A DNA stretch of 58,949 bases. Source: a virus (taxonomy: Duplodnaviria > Caudoviricetes). Made by a program: the position numbers and the translations under genes. The notes beneath the pieces are model-generated. The model saw only the letters and a program-made list of their open reading frames with translations, searched no databases and was not told where the DNA came from. Numbering within the stretch: the first letter of the stretch is position 1; every line of letters starts with the position of its first letter. Of this stretch, positions 1 to 9,879 are shown in pieces. The stretch is from the IMG/VR virus record IMGVR_UViG_3300005764_000001, positions 1 to 58,949 of that record; one strand, given 5' to 3'.

Positions 1-60
1 CGCCGAGCAGGGCATCGTGTCGCACCAGTACCTCACCGCCGGCACGAAGAACATCAAGGT
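1..60. repeat. Terminal 60-bp direct repeat (circular assembly overlap) with 58890-58949
   Basis: Exact sequence identity of the first and last 60 nt; the reading frame of the major tail gene continues across it. Confidence 0.97.
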
Positions 61-124
61 CACCGACGCGAACTTCCCCACCGCGACCACGACCAAGCCG
101 TTCACCGCCCCGACTCTTCCGTAA
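1..124 (+). CDS. C-terminal end of major tail protein (continues from 58051 across the join)
   Basis: Frame from base 2 reads AEQGIVSHQYLTAGTKNIKVTDANFPTATTTKPFTAPTLP, stop TAA at 122-124; end of a PKD-like domain. Confidence 0.85.
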   Translation, partial: AEQGIVSHQYLTAGTKNIKVTDANFPTATTTKPFTAPTLP

Positions 125-134
125 CGCAGCGCGT

Positions 135-186
135 CCGGTCCGGGGCGCGGGCGGTGGTGTCCCCCGCCGCCCGCCCCCCGGGCCGG
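135..186 (+). terminator. GC-rich hairpin after the major tail gene
   Basis: Imperfect inverted repeat, arms about 135-157 and 164-186, right after the stop codon. Confidence 0.55.
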
Positions 187-205
187 GCTTACCACAGGGG
201 GACGC

Positions 206-1036
206 ATGAGCGCACCGGCGCCGGCCGTCGTGGCGGCCCGCTGTAGCAACGCGCCGACCGGCCCGTGCAACTGGCCGATCGACATGGGCTGCTGCGCCAC
301 CCTCGACCTGTCCAAAGTGGACCCCGCAGTGCTGGACCGGCGCCTGCAACTGGCCGCCGAGCTGATCTGGATGTACTCCGGACGCCGGTTCGGGCTGTGC
401 GACGTCACCGTTCGCCCGTGCAACCGCCGCTGCGCCCCGCCGCGCTCCGCGCCCGGCCCGGAGCCCGCCATCATCGGCGGGCAATGGTTCAACATCGGCT
501 GCGGCTGCGGCACCTTCTCCGACTGCTCCTGCGGCCCGCTGTCGCAGGTCTGCCTGCCCGGCCCCGCCCGCAGCGTCGACTACGTGGCCATCAACGGCCA
601 GCTGCTCGAACCCGACCAGTACCGCATCGACGACTTTCGCTACCTGACGCGGACCGACGGCGGGCAGTGGCCGCCCTGCCAGCACATGGACGCCGGACCC
701 GCCGACGAAGGCGCCTTCGTCGTGGCCTACCAGCGCGGCGAGCCGGTCCCCGTCGGCGGCCAGTACGCCGCCGGGGTGCTGGCCTGCGAACTGCTCAAAG
801 ACTGCCTGGGCGACAAGAGCTGCCGGCTGCCGCGCAACATCGCGAGCCTTGACCGCCAGGGCGTGCGCATCGACTTCGTCCAGCGCACCATCGCCCAGAA
901 CCACTACCGCACCGGCATCGCCGAAGTCGACCTGTGGCTGACCGCCGTCAACCCCAAAGAACTGGCCTCGGCCGCCGACGTGTGGACGCCCGATGCCTGC
1001 GACCGCAACCGGCGCACCACGTGGAGCGGCGTATGA
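206..1036 (+). CDS. Head-to-tail adaptor
   Basis: Position after major tail gene; SGRRFGLC, LACELLKDC, CRLP, RQGV and TGIAEVDLWL..VNP motifs typical of actinophage adaptors. Confidence 0.75.
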   Translation: MSAPAPAVVAARCSNAPTGPCNWPIDMGCCATLDLSKVDPAVLDRRLQLAAELIWMYSGRRFGLCDVTVRPCNRRCAPPRSAPGPEPAIIGGQWFNIGCGCGTFSDCSCGPLSQVCLPGPARSVDYVAINGQLLEPDQYRIDDFRYLTRTDGGQWPPCQHMDAGPADEGAFVVAYQRGEPVPVGGQYAAGVLACELLKDCLGDKSCRLPRNIASLDRQGVRIDFVQRTIAQNHYRTGIAEVDLWLTAVNPKELASAADVWTPDACDRNRRTTWSGV

Positions 1037-1566
1037 CCGCCCCCGTGCCCAGCTGGTGGCCCCTCGCAACGGCATTGGCCGAATGCCTGTGCGACAAGCT
1101 GTCGCAGACCGTCGCCGGGCCGCCGGCCCGCTGCTGCCTGGTCGCCGGGGAATCGATCGCCCTGGACGACTGCTGCGCCGGAACCGCGTGGGTGCGCCTG
1201 GTCACCTACGCCGCCACCGACGCCGACAGCTTCCCCAATCCGGCGAGCGGGGCGACCGGCGACTGCTGGGGTCCCGGTCCGGTCGCCCCGCTCGCCGCCG
1301 TCACCTTCGGCATCGGCGTGGTGCGCTGCGCCCACACCGTCGACGAGGACGGCACCCCGCCCGACTGCGAAACCCTGGAAGCCGACGCCCTGGCCCAGTA
1401 CTCCGATGTGGACGCCCTGAACGCGACCGCGCTGTGCTGCGCCGGCGACGCCGTCGAAATGACGTCGCTGGGCGCCTACGACCCGTTCGGGCCGCGCGGC
1501 GCCTGCGTCGGCGGCGAAGTCCGCGTCACCTACGCCGTGGCGTTGTGCCCCTGCGGGACGCCCTGA
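1033..1566 (+). CDS. Putative tail completion/terminator protein
   Basis: ATGA overlap with upstream stop; Cys-rich; synteny in the neck module. Confidence 0.55.
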   Translation: MTAPVPSWWPLATALAECLCDKLSQTVAGPPARCCLVAGESIALDDCCAGTAWVRLVTYAATDADSFPNPASGATGDCWGPGPVAPLAAVTFGIGVVRCAHTVDEDGTPPDCETLEADALAQYSDVDALNATALCCAGDAVEMTSLGAYDPFGPRGACVGGEVRVTYAVALCPCGTP

Positions 1567-1967
1567 TGGCCGCAAGCGTCCGCCTGGTCCTGTTCGCGCC
1601 GGTGGTCCGCGAAGTCGCCGACGACCTGGGCGGCAAATTCGTCGCCGACACCGCCGACGCCGTCGCCGAGCACGCCCGCCGCATGGTGCCCACCCGCACC
1701 GGGCGGCTGCTGGCCAGCATCGACGCCCAGACCCGCGTCGAAGGCTTCCGCATCATCGGCACCGTCTCGGCCGACACCCCGTACGCCACCTACGTCCACG
1801 AGGGCACCCAGAGCCACGACATCTTCCCGATCCCGCCCACCGAAGCGCTCAACCTGGGCCCCGACGGGTTCGCCGAGAGCGTGCACCACCCCGGCACCCA
1901 GGCGGTGCCGTACCTGACGGAGCCGCTGCGCCGGGTGTGCATCCCGCGGGGCTTCATCGTCACCTGA
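1566..1967 (+). CDS. HK97 gp10-like neck protein
   Basis: PTRTGRLLASI, YATYVHEGT and HPGTQAVPYL motifs. Confidence 0.75.
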   Translation: MAASVRLVLFAPVVREVADDLGGKFVADTADAVAEHARRMVPTRTGRLLASIDAQTRVEGFRIIGTVSADTPYATYVHEGTQSHDIFPIPPTEALNLGPDGFAESVHHPGTQAVPYLTEPLRRVCIPRGFIVT

Positions 1968-1985
1968 CAAACCAAGGGGGACAAC

Positions 1986-2399
1986 GTGAAGGAGTTCACC
2001 AGCTCGGTCGCCAGCCACGCCGCCGACGGCACACCCAAGCTGCCCGAGCTGCCGTTTCTGCTCGACGGCGAGGACTACGTGATGCGCCCGCCGAAAAACA
2101 GCCAGATGGCCTACATCATGGCCGCCCAGGCATCCGGGCGCACCGACGCCGACCGGGTCGCGGCGATGCTGGACTTCCTGGAAGCGACCCTTGTCGAACC
2201 CGGCCGCGAGCGGCTGCGCACCCGGATGCTCGACAGCGACGACCCGCTGGACCTCGACGTCGTCGAGCAGATCATCGAATGGGCCATGCAGGAGTGGTCC
2301 GGGCGCCCTCCTACGTCGCCCAGCGTCTCGTCGTCGCCGTCGCCGAACGCTGGCCGTCCTTTAACGGCGATTGCCTCCGGCGGGGCCTTGACCCCCTGA
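1986..2399 (+). CDS. Tail assembly chaperone (G)
   Basis: RBS AAGGGG then GTG; acidic 137-aa ORF upstream of the tape measure gene. Confidence 0.75.
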   Translation: MKEFTSSVASHAADGTPKLPELPFLLDGEDYVMRPPKNSQMAYIMAAQASGRTDADRVAAMLDFLEATLVEPGRERLRTRMLDSDDPLDLDVVEQIIEWAMQEWSGRPPTSPSVSSSPSPNAGRPLTAIASGGALTP

Positions 2400-2632
2400 C
2401 CCTGAACGTCAACGACCTGTGCGACGTCGCCTACGCGTGGCTGACCGAACACGGCGCACCCGACGACGTGGACAAGTTCAACCAGACCCTCTACGAGCCG
2501 CCGCTGCCCGCCGCCGGCCGCGACAGCGCACCGGGCTGGTCCGATGAGGACACACTGGCGTCGTTCCTTCAGGCGATGCCGTCGATGACCGGCGCCCGCT
2601 TCGGCGCCGCCGCCGTCAGCAGTCCTGGATAG
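1986..2632 (+). CDS. Tail assembly chaperone G-T fusion via putative -1 frameshift near 2304-2314
   Basis: The -1 frame is open to 2632 with protein-like sequence (SYVAQRLV...CDVAYAWL) and has no obvious own start. Confidence 0.65.
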
Positions 2633-2714
2633 ACTGGCGGCGTCACCGCGTGGTGCGATGCGGCCCGACGCCCCGTGCGGGCATCCGCGCCCCGTGATGT
2701 CCCGGGGGAAATCA

Positions 2715-2753
2715 CAACGGCCAGGCCGGCTTAGGACACCGGCCTGGCCGTTG
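2715..2753 (+). terminator. Perfect 15-bp stem hairpin before the tape measure gene
   Basis: CAACGGCCAGGCCGG - 9 nt - CCGGCCTGGCCGTTG. Confidence 0.7.
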
Positions 2754-2756
2754 CAG

Positions 2757-2797
2757 ATTATGGGGAATCCCGTCCAGTAACCGGGATCTCCCATATT
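2757..2797. promoter_or_regulatory. 41-bp inverted-repeat site A
   Basis: ATTATGGGGAATCCCG-TCCAGTAAC-CGGGATCTCCCATATT; immediately upstream of -10 TACGAT of the tape measure gene. Confidence 0.7.
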
Positions 2798-2812
2798 CCG
2801 TACGATGCGGAT

Positions 2813-5734
2813 GTGGCCACCCTCGGCCGAGCCTTCATCGAAATCGTCGCCGACACCGCCAAATTCGGCGCGAGCATCCGCCGCGACTTGCGGCGGTCAC
2901 TGTCGTCTTTGGACAAGGAAGTCAAGGCCGCCGGCGACAAGGCCGGGCGCAGCTTCTCCAGCTCGTTCTCCTCCAGCGTCACCAAGGGCGTCAGCACCAC
3001 CGGCGCGCGGGTCTCCGACCGCGTCGCGGCCGGCATGCGCAAGAACGAGCGCAAGGTCACCGAGAGCGCGTCGCAGATCGCCAACCGGCTGGGCATCAAG
3101 TTCGAGGAAGGCGGGGAGCTGGCCGGGCTGCGCTTCGTCGACCGCGCCGCCCGCGAAGCCAAGCGGCTGGGCCTGGTCCTGCAAGTCGCCGGCAAGGACG
3201 CCCAGGGCCGGTTCATCCACGCCTTCGACCCGGCGACCGGGCTGCGCACCGTGTTCCGCGACACCGCCAAGATCGCCGCCCGGGGCGGCCGGGCGGTCGC
3301 CGACAGCTTCGGCCGCGAGCTGCGCCGCGGCATCGCCGACCTGGGCCGCATCGGCCTGGACGTCGGCAAGGGCTTCGTCAAGGCCAGCCAGCTGATCCAA
3401 AAGGGACTGTCCAAAGTCACCAACGAACTCAACCGGATCGCCCGCGGCGCGGCGTCGATCGGCACCATCGCCGCCGCCGCCCTCTCGGCGCTGCCGCACG
3501 TGCTGAGCCTGGCCGGCTCCCTGGCCGACCTGTCGGGGATCCTGGCCGCGCTGCCCGCGTTCGCGACCGCCGCCGGCATCGGCATCACCGGCCTGGTCCT
3601 GTCGCTCAAAGGCTTCTCCGACGCGCTCAAGGCGACCAGCGACAAGCAGCTGGAAAAGGCGCTGGAGGGCATGGGCGCCAAGGCCAGAGCGCTGGCGCTG
3701 CAACTGCGCGGCCTCAAGACCCAGTTCAACACCGTGCGCAAGGCCGCCCAGGAGTCGTTTGTCGGCGCGCTGGGCCCGATCACCTCGGTCACCAAGCTGC
3801 TGCCGAGCCTGCGCAAGGGCTTCGCCGGGATCGGCACCGAACTGGGCAAGATCGGCAAGCAGCTGCTCAAGTTCGCGACCAGCGGCGAAAACCTCAAGGT
3901 GCTCTCGGCCGCGTTCACCTCCACCCGCAAGTCCATGGCCGGCGCCGGAAGCGGGCTGATCCCGCTGCTGGCCGGGCTGCGCGACCTGGTCACCGTCGGG
4001 CTGCCGTTCGTCGTCAAATTCGGCGACGCGATCGGCGGGCTGGCCACCAAATTCGGCAACTTCCTGTCCGAGTCCGCCAAGAGCGGCAAGGCCACCGACT
4101 GGATCCAGACCGGCCTGGACGTGCTCACCCAGCTCGGCGACATCGCCACCAACGTCTTCGGGGTCTTCAAGTCGTTCTTCACCGCCTCGGAGGCGACCGG
4201 CGGCAACTTCCTGACCACGCTGCAAAAGGTCACCGGCGCCCTGGACGCGTTCTTCAAATCCGCGCAGGGCCAGGCCGCGCTGACCAATTTCTTCGGCACC
4301 CTGGCCACCCTCGGCGACGCGATCGGCCCGGTCATCGCCGCGATCGCCGCCCAGATCGGCAACCTCGCCCCGGTCATCTCCGACCTGATCATCACCCTGG
4401 CCCCGGCGGTCAAGGCCGTCATCGACGCCCTCGGCCCGGTCATCACCGCCCTGGAACCGGGCCTGCAAGCCCTCGGCGGCGCCGTCGCCGACACCCTGCT
4501 GGCGCTGGTCCCGGCCCTGCAACCGCTCGCCACCGCGATCTCGTCCATCGTCGTCGCGCTGGCCCCGGCGCTGCCGGCGCTCGGCGGGCTGGTCGCCGCC
4601 CTGGTCGAGCTGCTGGCCGTCAACCTCGGCCCGCTCGCGCAGATCATCGGCGTCGTCGTCAAGGCCCTGACGCCGTTCATCGACCTCATCTCCGGGCTGG
4701 TCGTACAGCTGGCCGGGCAGCTCGGCCCGGTCATCGCCCAGATCGCCAACTCGTTCGTGACCGCGTTCCTGCCGGTCATCCTCGAACTGGGCAAGGCATT
4801 CCTGCCGATCCTGCCGCAGGTCGCCGGGCTGGTCCGCTCGTTCGTCGACGGACTGGCCCCGGCGCTGCCGGCGATCGCCGCGGCGTTCCTGCGCCTGGCC
4901 GCCGCCCTGCTGCCGCTGGTCGACGAATTCGGCGGCGCCCTGATGGACACCCTGGTCGACATCATCCCGATGATGCCGGAACTGGCCGACGCCGTCGTGC
5001 AGCTGGCCCTGACGTTCGCCGACCTGGTCGACATGGTCATTCCGCTGCTGCCGGTGCTGCTGCCGATCGTCACGTCGGCGCTGCCGCTGCTCGAACTCGG
5101 CCTGCTGGCCGTCACCGCCGGGCTGCGGATCGTCAACATCATGATCCAGTCGGTGATGAACACCTTCAAGGGCATGATGACGGTGGCCACCACCCTGCGC
5201 ACGGTGGTCGTAAAGGCGTTCCTGGGCATCCAGAACTTCGTCTCCTCGGCGATCGACGTCGTGCTCAAGCGGGTGCAGGGGTTCGTCGACTTCGTCAAGG
5301 GCATCCCCGGGCGCATCGGCGACCTCGGCGCGGCGATCGGGCGGGCCATCTCCGACGGCATCGGCGCCGGCATCAATCTGGCCATCGACGCGATCAACGC
5401 CCTGATCCGGGCGTTCAACCGGCTGCCCGGCCCGGACATCCCCGAGGTGCCGCACCTGGCCCAGGGCGGCCTGTTCAACTCGGCGACCAAGGTCATGGTC
5501 GGCGAGGCGGGGCCAGAGGTCGTCATCCCGCTGACCAAGCCGCTGCGCGCGGTCCAGCTCGCCCAGGCGTCCGGGCTGACCGACATCCTGCACCGCGCCG
5601 CCGGCGACACCAGCCAGCAGCGGCCCACCCAGGTGACCATCAACGCCCCGATCACCGTCGTCACCGCCGTCACCGACCCGCGCCTGGTCGCCCAGCAGAT
5701 CACCTCCCGACTGGCCCGGATGGCGGTGGCGTAG
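2813..5734 (+). CDS. Tape measure protein
   Basis: 973 aa, amphipathic Ala/Leu-rich periodic repeats, N-terminal LGRAFIEIVADT, C-terminal AQGG...VGEAGPEVVIPL. Confidence 0.93.
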   Translation: MATLGRAFIEIVADTAKFGASIRRDLRRSLSSLDKEVKAAGDKAGRSFSSSFSSSVTKGVSTTGARVSDRVAAGMRKNERKVTESASQIANRLGIKFEEGGELAGLRFVDRAAREAKRLGLVLQVAGKDAQGRFIHAFDPATGLRTVFRDTAKIAARGGRAVADSFGRELRRGIADLGRIGLDVGKGFVKASQLIQKGLSKVTNELNRIARGAASIGTIAAAALSALPHVLSLAGSLADLSGILAALPAFATAAGIGITGLVLSLKGFSDALKATSDKQLEKALEGMGAKARALALQLRGLKTQFNTVRKAAQESFVGALGPITSVTKLLPSLRKGFAGIGTELGKIGKQLLKFATSGENLKVLSAAFTSTRKSMAGAGSGLIPLLAGLRDLVTVGLPFVVKFGDAIGGLATKFGNFLSESAKSGKATDWIQTGLDVLTQLGDIATNVFGVFKSFFTASEATGGNFLTTLQKVTGALDAFFKSAQGQAALTNFFGTLATLGDAIGPVIAAIAAQIGNLAPVISDLIITLAPAVKAVIDALGPVITALEPGLQALGGAVADTLLALVPALQPLATAISSIVVALAPALPALGGLVAALVELLAVNLGPLAQIIGVVVKALTPFIDLISGLVVQLAGQLGPVIAQIANSFVTAFLPVILELGKAFLPILPQVAGLVRSFVDGLAPALPAIAAAFLRLAAALLPLVDEFGGALMDTLVDIIPMMPELADAVVQLALTFADLVDMVIPLLPVLLPIVTSALPLLELGLLAVTAGLRIVNIMIQSVMNTFKGMMTVATTLRTVVVKAFLGIQNFVSSAIDVVLKRVQGFVDFVKGIPGRIGDLGAAIGRAISDGIGAGINLAIDAINALIRAFNRLPGPDIPEVPHLAQGGLFNSATKVMVGEAGPEVVIPLTKPLRAVQLAQASGLTDILHRAAGDTSQQRPTQVTINAPITVVTAVTDPRLVAQQITSRLARMAVA

Positions 5735-7105
5735 ATGGCATACCAGGGGTGGCTCAGCCTGGAAGGCGCGGAGCTGGTCAACAACAGCCGCACCGCCGCG
5801 TACGCGCGGGGGTTCGGCATCGCCGGGGTCGGCTGCGTCGACTGCGACGACCTGGCCGCCTCGCTGGGCGATGCCCCGTACACCAACCCGGCCGCCGACG
5901 ACGCCCCCTGGTACGACCCGGCCGAGCCGGCCTCGGCCCGCTTCGCCGGCCTGTTGGCGCTGGAATTTTCCGGGCTGTCCAACGGCACCGGCTCGCGGGC
6001 CGCCGTCGACCTGCTCACCGACGGCGCCACCCTGCAACCGCTGCGCTACGCGCGCCGCGAGGTCGTCGTGCGAGCCGTCGCGGTCGCCGCCGACGACCAG
6101 GCCCTCTCGTACGGAATCGCGTGGCTGGCCTCGGCGCTGCGCGGCAGCAAGTGCACCGGGCTGTGCGGCGCCGGGCCGATGTGCCTGTACGCATACTGCC
6201 CGTGCTGCGCCGACGACGCCCCCGACCCGTGCGGCGACAACGCGCTGCGGACCGTGTACGAAACCGGGCTGCTGGAAGGACCGACCGTCACCGACCGGTC
6301 GCTGCTGCGCAACGCCGCCCTGGCGATGGTGGAGTTTACCCTCGTGTCGGGGCTGCCGTGGCTGTACCGCGAGCCGGTGCCGATCGCGACGATCTGCGAC
6401 TGGGTGCCCGTCGACGAGGTCGACGAGTGCGTCGAATGGATCGAAAACCCGTCGCTGGGCCCGTGCGGCAACACCGTCGGACGCGGGCCGCGGCTGCGGG
6501 TGCGCGGGCCCGGCCGGGCCACCTTCGACGCCGACTCGGTCTGCGACACCGGCGAGGACTGTTTGACCGACCCGAATTCGGGCTGCCCGCCGCAGCCGGT
6601 CCCGCCCCGCCCGCCGGTCCCGCCGGATCCGTGCACGCAGGTCTGCTTCGACGCCACCACCAACGACGAGGCGCTGGTCGTCATCCCGCCCGGCGCGACC
6701 CCGCTGTGGCTGGACGCCGTGCCGCTGGTCAAGGTCACCACCGGCGCCCAGGCGATGCGCGGGCTCACCCTGACCTTCTACGCCAACCCGACCGGCGCGG
6801 CGTGCACCGACGACCTGCTGCACGACTGCGCGGCCTGCTCGGTGCTCTCGGTCCCCTACATCCCGCCCGACACCACGTTCATCGTCGACGGGCGCATCCA
6901 GTCCGCGTACGCCGAATGCCAGGCCGCCGGGCTCGGCAAAGCCCTCAACGCCAACGCATCCCTGTACGGCGCCGACGGAGGGCTGTTCACCTGGCCGGTG
7001 CTGGACTGCGGCGGCGGCCTGTGCCTGCGCGCCAACGTCCAAACAGGACACTCCCCGGACGCGTGTGTGGACGTGTCGCTGGTGCCCCGCGAGGACGCCG
7101 CATGA
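5735..7105 (+). CDS. Minor tail protein (distal tail-like)
   Basis: Directly follows TMP; YQGWLSL.G.ELVNNSRT and APWYDP..P.S..F.G motifs. Confidence 0.75.
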   Translation: MAYQGWLSLEGAELVNNSRTAAYARGFGIAGVGCVDCDDLAASLGDAPYTNPAADDAPWYDPAEPASARFAGLLALEFSGLSNGTGSRAAVDLLTDGATLQPLRYARREVVVRAVAVAADDQALSYGIAWLASALRGSKCTGLCGAGPMCLYAYCPCCADDAPDPCGDNALRTVYETGLLEGPTVTDRSLLRNAALAMVEFTLVSGLPWLYREPVPIATICDWVPVDEVDECVEWIENPSLGPCGNTVGRGPRLRVRGPGRATFDADSVCDTGEDCLTDPNSGCPPQPVPPRPPVPPDPCTQVCFDATTNDEALVVIPPGATPLWLDAVPLVKVTTGAQAMRGLTLTFYANPTGAACTDDLLHDCAACSVLSVPYIPPDTTFIVDGRIQSAYAECQAAGLGKALNANASLYGADGGLFTWPVLDCGGGLCLRANVQTGHSPDACVDVSLVPREDAA

Positions 7106-8193
7106 CGCATCAGACGCTGGGCTGCTCCAACGACTACGCGGCGGTGATCCACCACCGCGGCGGCGTGCTGCCGCTGGTGCAGCTGCGCGGGATCACCGCC
7201 CTGGTCTGGAGCCGGCGACTGGACGAAACCTCCGACGCCAGCGTCACCGTCGACAAGTCCGCCGCCGGCATAGACTGCTGCGCGCAGCTGGCCGAGATCC
7301 AGCCGTGGGGCCACGAGCTGACCATCTACCGCGACGGCGAACTGGTCTGGCAGGGCCCGGTCAACACCGTCACCGAAACCCGCACCAGCGTGCAGATCGA
7401 CGCCCTGGACGTGACCGCCTGGCTGGACGTGCGGGTCAACCGGGTCGGTTACGACTTCACCGCCGCCAACCACGTCGACTGGGTGGACATGGCGCTGTAC
7501 TTCATCAACCAGGCGTTCGGCCCCGACAACCCCAACGTGCTGGAGTACGTGCGGGCGCTGAACAAGGCCGGGGCGCCCGGCGAACGCAAAGCCGGACCGT
7601 ACACCGTCACCTGGGGCGACGAGCTGCGCGAGATCGCCAACATCGGCATGGACTACACCACCGTCGGGCGGGCGATCCTGTTGGCCGGGGACCTGCTCGC
7701 CCAGAGCGCCATCGTCGCCCCGCTGCACGACGGCGACTTCGGCACCGAACTGGAAGTAGTGCTGGCCGGTAATCTGCTGGCGACCCGCCAGGTCGTCACC
7801 GGCAACGACGGCGCGGTACCGGCGTTCGCCGGACCGTCGCCGCCCGCGCTGGCGTTCTACGGACTCGTCGAACTGCTCACCGTCGTCGACGACGCCACCA
7901 GCACCTCGACCACCCAGGCGGTCGCCAACACCCAGTACGCCCAGCAGTACCCGCAGCCAGTCGTCGTGCGCGTCCCCGACGGCGCGTCGCTACTGCCCAC
8001 CGCCCACGTCACCATCGCCCGGCTGATCGCCGGCACCCGCATCGACCTGACCCTGTCGGCGTTCTGCCGCCAGGTCCGCCAGACGATGCGCCTGGTCCGC
8101 ATGACCGCCACCTGGACCACCTCGGGCAGCGAGCAGATCCAGGTCGCCATGCAGCCGCTGGGCACGCTGGAGGTGGACGCCCTTGCCCGATAG
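7102..8193 (+). CDS. Minor tail protein (baseplate hub, Gp37-like)
   Basis: ATGA overlap; WSRRLDETS and PWGHELTIYRDGELVWQGP motifs. Confidence 0.75.
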   Translation: MTHQTLGCSNDYAAVIHHRGGVLPLVQLRGITALVWSRRLDETSDASVTVDKSAAGIDCCAQLAEIQPWGHELTIYRDGELVWQGPVNTVTETRTSVQIDALDVTAWLDVRVNRVGYDFTAANHVDWVDMALYFINQAFGPDNPNVLEYVRALNKAGAPGERKAGPYTVTWGDELREIANIGMDYTTVGRAILLAGDLLAQSAIVAPLHDGDFGTELEVVLAGNLLATRQVVTGNDGAVPAFAGPSPPALAFYGLVELLTVVDDATSTSTTQAVANTQYAQQYPQPVVVRVPDGASLLPTAHVTIARLIAGTRIDLTLSAFCRQVRQTMRLVRMTATWTTSGSEQIQVAMQPLGTLEVDALAR

Positions 8194-8389
8194 AAGCTGG
8201 ATGGTGTTCACCGAGGACCGCCGGGCCCTGGCCGAGCTGCTCCAGAAATTCGACCGGCGCATCACCCGCCTGGAACGCAAGGTCGGGCTGACGACCATCG
8301 GCGTGTTCGAAATCCGCCAGTCCCCCGACGGCGCCTCGTTGGAAGTCGTCAACACCGCCACCGGCACCCGGCACGTGATCAGCGAATGA
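8183..8389 (+). CDS. Small tail-module protein with coiled coil
   Basis: Overlaps upstream stop; LLQKFDRRITRLERK; start uncertain. Confidence 0.6.
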   Translation: MPDRSWMVFTEDRRALAELLQKFDRRITRLERKVGLTTIGVFEIRQSPDGASLEVVNTATGTRHVISE

Positions 8390-8411
8390 GATCCATACTT
8401 GCCCCTGGGAG

Positions 8412-8972
8412 GTGGCGATGGCGAGCATCTGCGTAGGGCCGGAGTTCTGCGTGGACCCCGACGGCAACCTGCGCTTGCAGACCCGCGACACCGGACTGGT
8501 CGCCCTGTCCGGCTCGTCGATGATCCAATTCGCGTCGGGGTGGAGCGCCGGCGTCAACGGCTCCTACGCGCGCCGGGCCGGAGACACGGTCTGGCTGCGC
8601 ATCGCCGCCCACCGCACCGGCGCCACGATCAGCCCGGCCGCCGCCACCCACGACATCGCCGACCAGGTCGTCGCCACCATCGTGCAGGCCGCGTTTCGCC
8701 CGCAGATCACCTGGTACGGCTCCTGGGTCTCCGGCGTCACCCACGGCGGCGGCCTGGTCTCCGGCTCCGGCTCCGCGCAGATCCTGACCTCCACCGCCGC
8801 GATCGCGCCCGGCGACGACATCATCATCTGCATGTCCTACCCGGGCTCGACCGGGTTCCAGTGGCCGGTCGCCGGCTGCTGCGGCACCACCACCTGCGCG
8901 GTCCCGGTCGGCGCGGTCGTGCTGACCAGCGACGAGGAGCCCCCGCCGCTGCCCGTCGAAATCCCCGTCTAG
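8412..8972 (+). CDS. Minor tail/fibre protein
   Basis: GGAGG RBS; RDTG motif and beta-rich C-terminal domain like the downstream fibres. Confidence 0.6.
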   Translation: MAMASICVGPEFCVDPDGNLRLQTRDTGLVALSGSSMIQFASGWSAGVNGSYARRAGDTVWLRIAAHRTGATISPAAATHDIADQVVATIVQAAFRPQITWYGSWVSGVTHGGGLVSGSGSAQILTSTAAIAPGDDIIICMSYPGSTGFQWPVAGCCGTTTCAVPVGAVVLTSDEEPPPLPVEIPV

Positions 8973-8990
8973 TCCACATAGGAGGGCAGC

Positions 8991-9680
8991 ATGTCTCGGT
9001 GCGGCTGCGGTACCGCGTGCTCCTGCCTGGTGCAGGCACAGGCGGGAACGCCGATCACGGTCATCGGCTCCGGGTCGGCGGCCAACCCCTACGTCATCGG
9101 CACCACCGGCTCCATCGGCGCCTGCACGGACGTGATGGCGTGCGTGTGCGCGGCCACCGCCAACGGCTTGACCTGCGCCGGCGGCCGGCTGGCCGCACGG
9201 CTGTCCACCGACACCGGAAACGCCGCCGGGTTCGGCACCGACGGCGGCATCTACGTCGCCGGCGGCCCCGGCACCTCGCTGGTCACCGCCAACACGTCCA
9301 CGGTGAACCTGCAAGGGCTGGGCACCATCGCCAGCCCGATGACCGCCACCGCGCGGGTGTCGGCGGCGGCCAACAACGCCGTCACCGCCAACGCCGACGG
9401 GCTGTACGTGCCCCGGGTCCAGGCCGGGGTCACCCTCATGTCGGCGGTCAGCGTCGTGTCGGTCACCAAGACCGTCACCTTCCCAGTCGCGTTTTCCGCC
9501 ACCCCGTCGATGGCCACCAACCTGACCGCCAACCCCGGCGGTTCGGCGTTCTGGTACGGCCGCGCCCTGGCCGCCACCGCGACCAGCTTCCTGATGTTCT
9601 TCGGCACCACCGGCGCGGCCGGAACGATGTCGGTCAACGTCGACTGGATCGCCACCGAGCGGACCGCACCCCCGACATAG
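8991..9680 (+). CDS. Tail fibre paralog 1
   Basis: RBS AGGAGG; CxC..AG....GSG....PYV N-terminal module; H-type-lectin-like C-terminus (VTFPVAFSATP...VDWIA). Confidence 0.7.
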   Translation: MSRCGCGTACSCLVQAQAGTPITVIGSGSAANPYVIGTTGSIGACTDVMACVCAATANGLTCAGGRLAARLSTDTGNAAGFGTDGGIYVAGGPGTSLVTANTSTVNLQGLGTIASPMTATARVSAAANNAVTANADGLYVPRVQAGVTLMSAVSVVSVTKTVTFPVAFSATPSMATNLTANPGGSAFWYGRALAATATSFLMFFGTTGAAGTMSVNVDWIATERTAPPT

Positions 9681-9690
9681 AGGAGCCCCG

Positions 9691-9879
9691 ATGACCACCC
9701 CCGCCCCGCCGCCCGGGTTCCACTACGCCACCGCAATCTGCCACAACCCCGCCTGCCCCAACGACGGCGTGCCGGTCCCGGACCTGGCCATCCCCGACGA
9801 CCCGGCCGCCTGGGGCTGGCAGGGCGTCACCTGCGGCGCCTGCGGCGCCGAGATCACCGACATCACGGCCACGCCGTGA
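9691..9879 (+). CDS. Small Cys-motif protein (possible fibre chaperone)
   Basis: RBS GAGGAG; CHNPACPN...CGACG. Confidence 0.6.
   Translation: MTTPAPPPGFHYATAICHNPACPNDGVPVPDLAIPDDPAAWGWQGVTCGACGAEITDITATP

Noticed and set aside
2758-7051. Very long minus-strand ORFs (1090 aa and 1384 aa) opposite the tape measure gene, and similar shadow ORFs elsewhere
   Set aside because: Antisense or off-frame shadows expected from high GC3 codon bias; no motifs and Arg/Gly/Pro-skewed composition
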